Source: Phoronis australis
Taxonomy: Eukaryota > Animalia > Phoronida
Direction of reading: 5' to 3'
DNA: 47,075 bases
Assembly: GCA_002633005.1 (NCBI GenBank)
Contig: NMRA01000424.1
Span: forward strand, 154,593-201,667
Positions 11,865 to 23,700 of the stretch are shown one piece after another. The notes under the pieces were generated by a model. The model was not told the origin of the DNA and made no database searches. It was given only the letters and a program-made list of their open reading frames with translations. Made by a program: the position numbers and the translations under genes. Position 1 is the stretch's first letter; each line of letters begins with the position of its first letter.

Positions 11865-12514
11865 GGCTGGAATACAAATGAATGCAATCGTGAAGACAAA
11901 ATTACAAGGAATTGAGCAAAACATTATCGGTGCAGGACAAAAACAACTCAGAAGAAGAGTCACTTCCAAGAAAACAACCACACAGTTTGTTGCAGATGAA
12001 GAAAGTGCACTCATACACTTAGTCATCCATGAATTTAAAAAAAATCAATTTCAAACAGACTGTTATGTTCTGCCAGTTGCCCACCCACTGCTTTGTTTAA
12101 TAAACACCCGACACACTACATTTTAGACCTGCATTCTCAAGTGTGCCAATTATTCTTAAGGAAACTTAGAGAATATGATAGAATTACAGATATGAACAAG
12201 ACTACCCGTGTACTAACAGTGAATGAAAATGTCAAAATGGATTTTCGTTTCAATACACAAGGCCAGTGACCTCGTCAAATGAATAAAATACTCATGCGCT
12301 TTCCACACTTGAGTTTTAACTCTGTTAGCAACGCGTCTAACTGAGAGGTTTCACCCCTCCCTTCACTACATAATTATTAGGACTATAGACCAAGTGGGAA
12401 TACAAGACCAGTTTGCTAAGTTGCCCCTGATGGTACAACATATTTCCAGGCTTTTGTTCTCGATTCTTCGCTAACTAGACCAGCAGCATTTCGACCTGCT
12501 TAGCTGGCAAAAAA

Positions 12515-12768
12515 AAATCGAATCAGGCCTTTCAGTCTCATAAAGTCGGTCTTATAGTATTCCTTACCATGATAGGATTTTATTTCCATTACAAACTCAA
12601 CACAGACAATCCGTTCATGCTCCATAGGGGTGGCCAATTTTAAAGCCTGAAGCGTTTTCTTTTGGTACCCGACAGTTTTTATATTTCAGTTGATAACAGA
12701 AATGGAATCCTATTATTAAGGTAAATAAGAAGTATCATTAGACCAGAGTGAAAGGCCTAATTCGATTT
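12515..12768. mobile_element. Foldback MITE in 5' intron of the TM gene
   Basis: AAATCGAATCAGGCCTTTCAGTCT (12515-12538) inverted at 12745-12768; inner inverted pair ATAGGATT..TTTC (about 12572 / 12689-12713). Confidence 0.7.
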
Positions 12769-13219
12769 GAAATGTTTTTATTTAGCCAGGTCAACAGGGG
12801 GGGAATTAGTCAGTTTTATTGGTAAACTAGGTCAATAGGCAAGATATTAGGCTAAGTTATTGGAGGAAATGGTAACAAGACTGTGGTAACAATGAATGGG
12901 CATTTCGAACTTACCAATTACTCCGATTAATTATTGAGTCAATAATGTCAACTCCCGGCGAAATTTGTAGCTTTTAAATCCTGAAACCAACTTTGTTACA
13001 ACCAATATGCCATAAATTAACCGTCGTGTTCACGTATGATTCATTGTGAAATCAAAAACGGACAGCGAAAGGTCGAGGGCATTTCCCGAAGAGGGAAGTC
13101 AGAAAATGGAACAAAATAACCTTCCCATATCAACGAGAACCTGTGTGTTAAATCACAACAACGTTAACGAATTCAAACACAGATGTTTCTCAGGCTAAAT
13201 AAGCAATAATTTAAAATCA

Positions 13220-13390
13220 ACTCACCACTATAAACCTGTGAACAAATGTGTCTGACTCTGGATTGATGTATTATTCCCAAGTGGCCTCAAATCTGTCTTC
13301 TTTGTGATGGCAATCAACAGGAAATGCGTGACAGAGACACACAGCGTAAAAGGTCAGAGTTCATTCAAAACAAAATGACGTCATTTGCAT
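13220..13390 (-). promoter_or_regulatory. Candidate non-coding first exon and promoter of the TM gene
   Basis: Minus-strand donor G|GTGAGT at 13220-13225; upstream ETS-like CAGGAAAT (13318), DR1 AGGTCAgAGTTCA (13351-13363), CRE TGACGTCA (13376-13383), octamer ATTTGCAT (13383-13390). Confidence 0.45.
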
Positions 13391-13579
13391 TCATACTGCG
13401 TCGAGAACTAGTTCAGTGCCCCTCTTTCTCTGAGTTGCCCCCGTGCGTAATTCACTCAGTGAGCATGAGACGGCTAAACCGGCATTTTAGACAATGGAGT
13501 TACAATAGAAATCATTCATTTTTGAGAATAATTAAAAATTCAGGTACCTACAATCCAAATATGAGTCCACTAAGACAGT

Positions 13580-13822
13580 GAGTGGCGGATTCAGGGGGCA
13601 AGGGGGCAATGGCAGCCCCTAAAACTCTCCAAGATTACCATTTGGCAGTTCGGGGTGCGAATTGTTGACTAGCACATGCACGCGCCCAGAGGGGCTCGGG
13701 GGGCGAATGCACAATGCATAGGCCTTGAACAAACCCCGGCCGTATCGTTTTTTTTTTAGTAATAAAAAGAAGGTCNCCCCCCCCCCCCCCCCCACCTCAG
13801 TCAAAATCCTGGATCTGCATGC
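13580..13822. mobile_element. hAT-like MITE (AGTGGCGGATTCAGG...CCTGGATCTGC)
   Basis: Imperfect TIRs, G-rich left end and poly-C right end typical of short non-autonomous hAT-like elements; N at 13776. Confidence 0.55.
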
Positions 13823-14350
13823 CAGTGGGCCTGTGCACTGAGGCCCATATTCTACTATCACTCAAATTCTTAAGTCGTCACGGTCAACTGAGTTGGCAGA
13901 CGGCAAGATCGAGTTCTTGTCGTTATTCGCGGAATAGAAGGCAAAAACAACACCGGTTTAAACCACAATTGCAAACGACCCCACGGCCTCATACTTCCAG
14001 TAAACGGCCGTGATGACGTGCTCATGACCAACTAGTAGCCCGGTAGCTTATAGGTTTACTGACGCCTCGATCCTGATCGCGGGCACTGCGGCCTTTTTGG
14101 GTGCCGATTTCAATGCCCGAGCCTTGAAAAAGTACGGCGTAACGCCACTGTTGATAAATCTGACTCGAACTGCGTCATCAACAGTCACTGGGATTTGTGA
14201 GATAATCAGTCTGTGACCTGCCTCCCGTTCAGTAACGCTAGAACCTCGCTAAAAAAGCACTGAAGACTTCGCGAGATGTGAGATTACGTGAGATACTGCA
14301 GTGTATTTTAAATTAGTACACGTACGTGACTTTGACTAGGTTTTACTGAG

Positions 14351-14387
14351 CTAGGTCCTAGCGTAGTCCTAGCGTAGGTCCTAGCGT
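14351..14387. repeat. Minisatellite, ~12-bp unit x3
   Basis: (TAGGTCCTAGCG)-like unit repeated three times. Confidence 0.85.
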
Positions 14388-15309
14388 CTACTGAACGCAC
14401 GCCTGATTTCTCTCATTCTGCCCAGCCAGGCCGCCGCTGGTGGCGAATTTAGTAGTGCCTCGCACTGATATCAAGTGTACACGTGGACCCGCCGCGGCTC
14501 GAATTGGACCGGTGCGGGAGGACTCAGCTAGCCAGTTTTGATAAAAAACAAACTCTGAACATTTATTTTCACAATAGCTGATCGAAACACAGAAGTGACA
14601 AAAAATTCTAGTCGGCATATATGCGAATTAAGTCATACAGGACGAGAATTAAGAGCAATGCAGTTGGGCTGAACCCGCCTGTCGCACGCGTTAGCCGCCG
14701 CGCCAGTTTCCAGTATTTCCTCACGTCTATTTTCGCCGTCCGGTTTAGATCATCACCAAGTCTCCTTGACCATGGGCGCACCCATCCTAAAATATAGCGG
14801 GTGGCTCGCGAAGACTTTTTTCGGTTTGTGGCCTTCATTAGAAAAAATCGGGGACTAAAAAATGGGGTACTCGATACGTTCAGACCAACTGAATTGTGAA
14901 TTCGCGCCGAATTACTGAGGAATTTTGTCTCGGCGTTTCCCAGACTTTTTGTTTCGAGGCGAATGGGGCGAGCCAACCCCCCCCCCCCACAGTAAAGTTT
15001 CGTATCAATCTTTGAAAACGCCTCTTCCATCATTTTGTTTCTTCCCTTCAGTAGTATGCCACTTCTGAATTCTTGCCTGCAACTGGGTATGTTTAAAAGC
15101 GCCAATGCTGATCACTTTCGCACCGATGGCGAGAATCGGACAGCTCGGTTGGAAAATTCTGTCACTGTAGCGGCTGTCACAGAAAACCTGCGCTGAGTTA
15201 GCGGACAAAACACAAGTAGGCCTATAATTGTATTTGAACTTCTATTTCAAGAGCTGCAATTCGCCCTATTAAAACTAGTGTCACGTAAAACACATGTTTC
15301 GAGGTGTTA

Positions 15310-15639
15310 CCGGGATTTTCCGTAGATAAGTCCGTGGGCGTGTATTTGGAAATGAAATTTTCAGGCGTCTTTTAGTAACAGCACATAACCGCCCGGGCGT
15401 TTATTCGGAAAAGGAGATTGGGAGTCATATATTTGCTTACTTTAACATATTTCTCTTCAAACTGTGTTTTTAAATTATATGTTAATAAATGCGTATTTCG
15501 TCACCAACTATTTGGACACTTGACACCACTGAGAAGTTGTGACACCAAATAAACGCCAATGGGTGGTTATTCAGCATAATTTTCCAAATAAATGGTCATG
15601 GGCGTTTCATCGGGTAGGCTTATCTACGGAAAATCCCAG
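15310..15639. mobile_element. Tc1/mariner/pogo-type MITE with TA TSD
   Basis: TA|CCGGGATTTTCCGTAGATAAG ... CTTATCTACGGAAAATCCCAG|TA, 20/21 TIR match; inner TATTTGGAAA/TTTCCAAATA pair. Confidence 0.85.
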
Positions 15640-16542
15640 TAACCGAAAAGCCAAAACCTACAGCTGATCTATAGCTACGATGCGAAATGACGAGTCTATT
15701 TTTGAATGACGCCCTTGTGCACTATTTTCGAATTAAGTTCGAGGCATAGTTTCTATTGTTCAAGATTGCACACATAACTCCAACCCTACCATGGCGATTT
15801 CCCCTGTCGACGCATTTCTTGACGTAAGGTTCAGTTTTGAGACCGATTTTACAACAATAAATCCAAAGTTGAATTACCTTTTTACACAGCTAAACACGGC
15901 AGCTTAATTAAAGAACAACTCGCAGTTATGGAGGTGCATCGTAGTTTTTCATAAGTATCCTAGGATATTTCCCAAGTTGTATATTCCGAGTTGTTTAATG
16001 TTTGCTCACCAAAAGAGAATCGAGGACAAAATTGGTACACAAACCCTAAGATAGTAATGTTGTCTACTGCAATTGCAGGCTGTGTACAATAACAAAAAAG
16101 TTCTTGATCTAAGCGAGGTCTACACCATTTTTGTGCCAGAGTAGCAAGCAAGTTTGCTCGTATTGTCATCAGTGCGATAGCGGTCAATTTAGAAATAATT
16201 TTACGCCCGAAACCCAGCGTATAATCTCGAAATTTTAAGACATGTAAAATGTAATGAACGCGTACAAAGTGGGACTCATGATTTGGTATTTTGATCCACT
16301 GATGGATTTAATTTAGGGAAGGAACTTCCATCATTCGCTTTCACTCAGTTTGTCCACCCCCACCCCAACTAGTTACCCCGCCCTTTTTTCTAACACCACG
16401 CCCTTTTTCCTCTATTGGTTGTCTGTGCTTCCTTTCCATTGCCTACTGGTTCTCCACTCAAGCACGTGACCACTTACGCGTTCCGTGCTTCAGTCGACGG
16501 TTTTCACATCACAGCACTCCCCTTATTGTCCTTCAGTTCCAG

Positions 16543-16967
16543 TGCCCAGTTGCATGAACAGTCTGGCATAGGGACTCAACTAAATTCCCTAAAACTTAAG
16601 GCGTATTTTTGAACTTGTGAAAACATCGATTGTCCTGTCTTGTATTGTTTTATTTCAATACAAGTCAACTTTTGACTATCATACAAATCGAGAGTGAACT
16701 CTACATCTACATTGAACTGTCAATACCATCGAAAGGGATCTTTTCATGCAACATCTCTAGGGGCAGAGTCCCTGTTTATTTTCAATGAACTCTGGCCTCA
16801 GTTTTTAGCAATATAATTAGAAAACGTCATTAGTTAAGGAGGGGCTCACAATTAAGTTGAAATGATAGAAAAAAATATTGCATCTGTGAGTCCATAAAGA
16901 CACAAAAACACAAGACTTCGGGACCTTAGTCGAGTCCCCATTTGGGACTGTTTCATGCAACCGGCCA
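16543..16967. mobile_element. PIF/Harbinger-type MITE with CAG TSD
   Basis: TGCCCAGTTGCATGAACAGTC...GACTGTTTCATGCAACCGGCCA, imperfect TIRs extending ~55 bp (GGGACTCAACTAA/TTAGTCGAGTCCC); CAG flanks both ends (16540-16542, 16968-16970). Confidence 0.75.
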
Positions 16968-17430
16968 CAGGAACCTAAACCTGTTTTCTTGGACACTAAG
17001 TAGAGCAGCCGCGAGTAGCGTACCATGCGAAGCTAAGTTTGGAGGCATTGTGGTTGGCGACAAAAAGTTAACGAGTCTGTCAAATTCGACAAAATTACTG
17101 CACTTCTGAGGAAAGTAACTACTGGAACAATCTCATCCTTTATATTTCGTGGCTACTGCTTGTAAAAATTGTCCAATTTAAAAATCAGTTCGTTTCAGAT
17201 CGTCACTCAATCGGTCAAATTATTTATAACAAGGTTCGTTTCACGGTCTGACCTAAAGATGAGATCACATAAATCTTAATCTGCATCGAACAAAAGACAA
17301 TGGCGAAGATTCCCATGTTTATATTTCCAGGCCGATTACTTTGATACTGATAACAGAAAATTTACAAAACATCACTTAATAACATTGAGATAGGACAAAA
17401 CCAGGCTAGAAATGAACTAGATTATTCATC

Positions 17431-17436
17431 TTTATT
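17431..17436 (-). terminator. Candidate distal poly(A) signal of IVNS1ABP
   Basis: AATAAA on - at the end of ~3.2 kb of minus-strand T-rich sequence after the stop; alternative at 18230-18235. Confidence 0.35.
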
Positions 17437-17495
17437 TTTGTTGACCAATTAAAAATAATAAAAATTTAAATAGTCCCTCATATTGGGCAATAGTC

Positions 17496-17582
17496 GTGTA
17501 TAACGTGCCCCTATTTTGAGAACCAGTTTAATGCCAGCTATTCAGTGGAGAAAACTGGTTCTCAAAATTCGGGCATGTACAC
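17496..17582. repeat. Strong hairpin (about 27-bp stem, about 22-nt loop)
   Basis: ACGTGCCCCTATTTTGAGAACCAGTTT pairs with AAACTGGTTCTCAAAATTCGGGCATGT. Confidence 0.85.
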
Positions 17583-20500
17583 CCATGTTGTGTGTTAATA
17601 GATGAAGAATTACTATACACAGCTTTTGCTGGGAAGACTGGGCAGAGAAAAACAAAAAGACCGTTTTGTGACAATTATCATTGTTGGAGAGTTACTAATG
17701 GTACATTTCAGACATTCATATTCCCTGCGACTGAGAGAACAAAATAATAAAAGGGCACACAATTCACACCATTAACAAAATAACTCCATCAAAACAAACG
17801 GCCAGTCTATGCGTTCATTAATTACCCAATACCTTGATATGAGGTAAGTCTACTAGCAGACACACCTACAGCACAGGTCACAAATGTTAATCCTACCGTT
17901 CAGAAACAAGTGGTGACCAGTCAGGAAAACGGACGACTGGTCTGCCAACTTTTAACAGACCAGCAGTCAACTGCACAGCTGTTATCAACACAAGCACTTG
18001 AACATTCCGGTTAGAACACAAAAATGTTCGGAAACATTGAATATTTCTTTTCAACAATTTGACTGTTACATTGAAACCTTCCTTGATTGCTTGGGCAAGG
18101 ATTAAAAAATAAATCGCCAAAGCATGTGGTGATAACTTGTTACAGTAAAAATTCTTCACTTTGAGACAACCTCTAGAATTTGGAACAACCACTAGAATTT
18201 AAAACATGAAAACTCAGCAAAAACTGAATTTTATTGACTCTAGATTTGAGACAAGGGTTATTTTGGCGTTCACCATACTTCTAAAATTTCGAACATGTGT
18301 TCTCTATCAATTGAGTGGGTAATTTTGTTGTTTTTTTGGTGGTGCTTGCATTAGGCACAGCCAATATTTATTTTCAGAATTTGGGACAGCTCTGGCCTTG
18401 AGCAAATTATTTGTTCACCGTCTCAAACTGGAAAGTCGCTACTGTACTTGCCCAGGATTTTCAACACAAACGACCACCCCAGTGGGGACAGTCCTCATAA
18501 TTCTCAACTAACCCTTGCTTGTTTGGGCAGTCAGCTAGATGACAGTGGTCAGTACATCAACCGGAGAGACAAAAACTTGGTACCTGTGCAATACACGCTC
18601 TTAAAGAACAATAACCTTGCACACCGACCTTTTTACCCATAGCGAAAATCAATGTGCTGCGCGCATCCAAGATCGGATTTATGGGATACGTATAATCCAG
18701 AAAACATCACGCATTATTTGGACTGCTCGATAAAATACTTCTTAAGTGAAGTCATCTCTGCATACTGCAGACCTACGTGTGCTAGGTGAGCGGTTTCAGA
18801 TGGCCGCTATCCCACAATCCTTTGTGTTTTGACATCTTTCGCTATCCAAAAAAGGTCAATACAGAACAAGGTTATAAAATCATTCAGTGTACCTTTGGAT
18901 ACAACAAATAAAACTGCTACAAATTAATAGAGTGAGTGCCCATTGGTAAAACTGACACAAGTACTCTTGCTCCCATGGCAACTGGCTACCACATTGTAAA
19001 CAAATTCTTGGCCATGCTTAACATAAATCTAAAAAAAATAAAATTACAATTAACCGTACCAAGCCAGAAAACAACACCCCTCAGGAAGCAGTTTGTTAGA
19101 ACTAACCGCCATCTGCATGGCAGACAGCAAATTATTTCTGCCTCAATAATATCAATGGAAAGCAGTGCGAAGACTAAGATCTCATTCAGTGACAATTAAA
19201 AAACACATTTGTCAACATTCAAACAATCGCTGACCAATACTGCGACAATAATTGAAACTATACGGCCATACAATGGGAATGGTTGAAAACATCAAGCTCA
19301 AACGTACCACACCTATGCAATGCACAAAAGCCAACTCTCGAGTGAATCTTTGTTAATGTCAACTTTTTAACTGTTTGAAACGACCACGCTTCAACAGTAA
19401 AAGGTAGACGGGTGAGAATTGTACCCATCCTCGCTGATAATTCAACTTTTGTTTCACACCCCAGATTGTCTAAGCAAGCTACTACAGCAGTTCTAATGTA
19501 CTAACAAAGGGGAGATGTAGTGAGACACATTTTGCCGTATTTTGAAATCGCAGCTTTTGTGATTCTATAGTCCACACGGCACTCCCACACACATGGATTG
19601 ATACCAAACAACTGCCATTGTTGCGACAGCACTAAAAAGTTTTGAAATTCTGTTAAACAAGCTGTGTCATTTTGCCAAACATAGCGTCTCCATCTTTGGT
19701 ATACAATTTTTCAAAAAATTTGACAATTTTCGTCAAAATTTGACTAGAGGGATATTAGACGAAGAAACAACCATTCTAAGACATTTTAAACTAGGTTATA
19801 CGATTTCGCTACACAATTCGGTCGATTTTTGTTGACGAAAGACTTCATCAATTCCTTTATAAAAAACACAAAGTGGCCATTTCAAGACAAAAGTTTTTTG
19901 TGAGCCTCACTACCCAACTTTGTGCTGGAAGTTTGATGACAAGTAAACCTGACTATGAACTTTTAATCTCCAAACATGCGACACCTGAATTGTATGCGAC
20001 ACTGACAGTTTGTCCATCAAAAAATGACAGCTTATCCATCAAAAACTATCGTCACCTAGCAACAGCGCAAACCTACATGTATGCTTGTTTAATCACAGAA
20101 TGCCTCGTCTTACAACAATCACCCATCACCGTACACATTCGTTTTCCGTGACGCCCGTCCACCTATTGGCACATCAACAAACAACTTCTTAGTGGCTGGC
20201 AACGTTACTCAACGACAAAAAAATTTGGTCAAGTTTGAGCAGTATAAAACTGACGTAAAATTTGCTGCAAACGTTGGCACACGACCACATGACCAAACAA
20301 GAGCAGATACAATACAAAAATAATTTTAAAAATACGCTTTTCCATCACTCAAGATACAGATACCCACAGTTTGTAACACATTCACTGATTTCCCCGACTG
20401 AATACTGGCTAGTGAACCAAAAACGGTTCGAGACAAAAACCTAAAACACTCCACTTTAGACCGACGACATCTTGGTTCATCTAACGGCATCCCTTGAACG

Positions 20501-20629
20501 CCACTTTGGTACAAATTGCTGACCGCAGTTAAGTTAGTGACAAAGTTAGTTCTAAAACACACAGACATAGACAACGGTGCGTTATAATAAACGGATAGTG
20601 TTCTCGGGTTAACATTCTTGTTCGCTGCC

Positions 20630-20757
20630 TCAGTTGCCATTGGTAACCATCTCTACGGGCACACAAGAGCACCACTCAGACAGCTCATTGTTGTCAAGGT
20701 ACTCGACTGTGTCCAAGAACACCTTACCGTTGAATCCTCCGATGACAAAAAGGCGAT
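20630..20757 (-). CDS. IVNS1ABP: IVNS1ABP last coding exon
   Basis: RLFVIGGFNGKVFLDTVEYL...W...TNGN*; acceptor CCATTTCAG. Confidence 0.93.
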
Positions 20758-23700
20758 CTGAAATGGAAACGTAGCAGAGGAGTAAGACTCAATACTAGTG
20801 ACTAGTCTTCATTGCAAACAGTTTGACAACAGGTGGCATATCATGTCAAACAAATTATCAAAACAAGGGAAGTGACACGCAAAATTTTATTTACCAGAAC
20901 GAGAGAAGCAGTAAACTACAGATATCCAAATTTATACATAAACTCCAACCAAACAGAGCATAAGGAGAATTCCTTTTGTGAAGAGAATGCAAGATATAAG
21001 TTTAATGAAACACAAAAAAATTCGGTGATCTCGCTTCCACCCTCCATATACCTTGCACCACAGCCATTCCAAGGTTGGCCCGCGCCATTGACAGCGGCGC
21101 CCCAAGACTCCATGTCTCAGTCTGTGGGTCGAACACCTCTGTGGTGGCCAGAGATTGGTTCCCATCACAGCCACCCACCACGTAGATGCGACCGCGGTAG
21201 ATGGCCGCTGCTGCACCGCGACGACTTGTAGTCATAGGCGACACATAGCGCCACCCATCAGCGACAGGGTCATACACCTCCACGGTGTTGGTGGGGTTCC
21301 AAGCATTGGCACCACCAAACACGTAGATTTTCCCGTCCCACATACACACAGCTGGCTGTGACCGGCCTGCAGTGAGAGACGGACAAAACCGATGATCATT
21401 CACGCACATAGAGTGAAAGAGACACAATCACTTTGAAGCCTAAGACCACATACAGCAGCACATGACAACGGAATTCAGACAGAATGTCCTGCAATTCACG
21501 GTCATGATAGCTGGTGAAAGCTGAATCCATCATCGGAGTAGTCTCCCCTTATTGCCGCGAATGAAGGGAAATTACCAGTAAGTTAGTAATGTGGCCAAGC
21601 CAAAATATGATTAAATTTTACTGCCATTATGGTATTCATTACAATTCATTTTTGACGTTTACCTAATTAGACATCTTGATGGGAAAATGAGATTTTATCG
21701 GATTACTGTCCTTTTGTACTGCACTAAGCACTCTTTTTGGTCAAAATCGATTTACTTATCACTTCATAATTCCTCACTGAACACAAACTACAAAAACTGC
21801 CACTTTCCCTATTTTCTGAAATTAGACTACCTTTCTAATAATAATACATCAATTTTACCAAAAGGTATTTTATGCGCGTTGCGAAGTAAAAACCATGCTG
21901 ATGATGAAAAAAAAGGAAGTTCCTGATGTCTATTTCTGTTGAAAATAGGACAAACAAAACTCCCCTTCTGCCTCCCTGTAAAGATTCACCAAGCACTTTG
22001 TAATTACACGATGTCGAATTCACACTACCTTGCTGCAGCGATGCGATGGACGACCAAATGTTGGTCGCCGGGTTGTAGACTTCGCAGCGCTTCAAACACT
22101 TCATTTTATCGCCGTTCCAACCACCAATCAGGAACACCTTATCGTCAAGAGTAACCACACCTGAAACAAATGGATATAGTCTGAGCTTCAATTCGTCAAA
22201 ATTAAGTCAACAACGTCTTCGTGAGTGACGACATAGCTGTACAGTCAAGTGTGATGAAAACTTACCACGATGCTGGCAAGGTTTTGCAAGCTTAGCGAGG
22301 AACATTAAATAAGGGTGGCCCAAAAAGCTTTGCCAATACGAATTATTCAAACTTGGCGAATTTATTCTCACACCAAACAATATGAGCTGGTCACTCAACT
22401 TGAAAATCTCACCCGAGTGGCAGCGAGGAAACGACATCTTGGCGGCAAAGCTCCACTTTTGACCAGCAGGGTCATAAACCTCCATGGAAGAGAGTTCCTT
22501 GTGACCGTTGGAGCCTCCTGCTGCGTACACCTTGCCTTGGACAACAGCCACCTCGAAACGGCCCCTGGCCGACAACATGGATGGCAATTCGGTCCAAACG
22601 TTGTGGCCGACATTGAAGGAAGCCACCGAGCTGAGACACTCGCCACGGTCATACCCACCTTAGAGCAGAAACAAGCGATCACCGTGACAACACCCAATTG
22701 TGAAAGGTCAAATGAACACAGGTGGACAGCAGAAACACACTTCAAATGACATCTTACAAGGGAAGCTCCTGGAGGATGTTTGTGCTCTACATTCTAGACG
22801 CAGCAGGAGGTGTGGTTAGACATGTGGTATCACCAACATAATACTGAGCTTGACACTTTACAAGATATAGAAAAACTGGCATACGTCACACACGCGTAGG
22901 TCAGACTTTAAGTCGTTCTAGTTTGTGCATTTTATTGTGGACATTGACAAAATCGAATTTTGGGTAATTCTCTTGAAATGATTCAGTCTGGTTGGATGAA
23001 CTTTTACGAGACTTTTACTGCATTTCAGCGATTTCAATGACTTATGAAGTCTAAAAGCTCTATTGTTTAAGGGGTAGTTGGCAGATATGCCACACAACTG
23101 CCTCAAACCCTCTGCAGCAATCTTATTACCTCTAAGTAAGTGACATATTCGAAATGCTTATGGGCAGGCAATTTTCACAACCACCCATGAGCCTGAGAAA
23201 TCAATAATAGGTTGTCACAAGTGCCAAGCAACTGAACCACTTACCAAAAATGATGAGATTTCCATCGAGGATGGCGACGCCGAAACTGCAGCGGGGTTGA
23301 CTCAGGGTCTCGAGTGGGGTCAAGGAGCCGTGTTTCTCCAGAGGGATCGGGCTGCCTCGTGGCGAGACGCGGCACATAGCATTGCCCTCCGAGTCGGAGA
23401 TGCACTCAAAGGAAGTGTTCATCGCAGACTCATTTTGAAGATGCAGCGAGGTGACGCAGAGCACATCATTGAGGACAGCAATGCACAGGAAACTACGATC
23501 TATAGAATATACGTGACATTAGTACTACTTCCAATAACTGAACAACACATTAAAGCCATGACCAGTGGAAGAGAGGGCAACTAAGACATTATGTAATTGT
23601 TGATGGATTACTTGACAACTCTCTGGAAGGTTACAGTATATCATCAAATAGCTTAGAAGCATGCGGAATGATTGGATAAATTCCAGAAAAATCTAGAAAA

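Noticed and set aside
14608-15105. 165-aa minus-strand ORF in CpG-rich region
   Set aside because: No domain or transposase motif, non-ATG start, runs through a homopolymer; expected by chance in GC-richer DNA.
20833-23584. Several 68-144-aa ORFs overlapping Kelch exons
   Set aside because: Antisense or off-frame shadows of IVNS1ABP exons.
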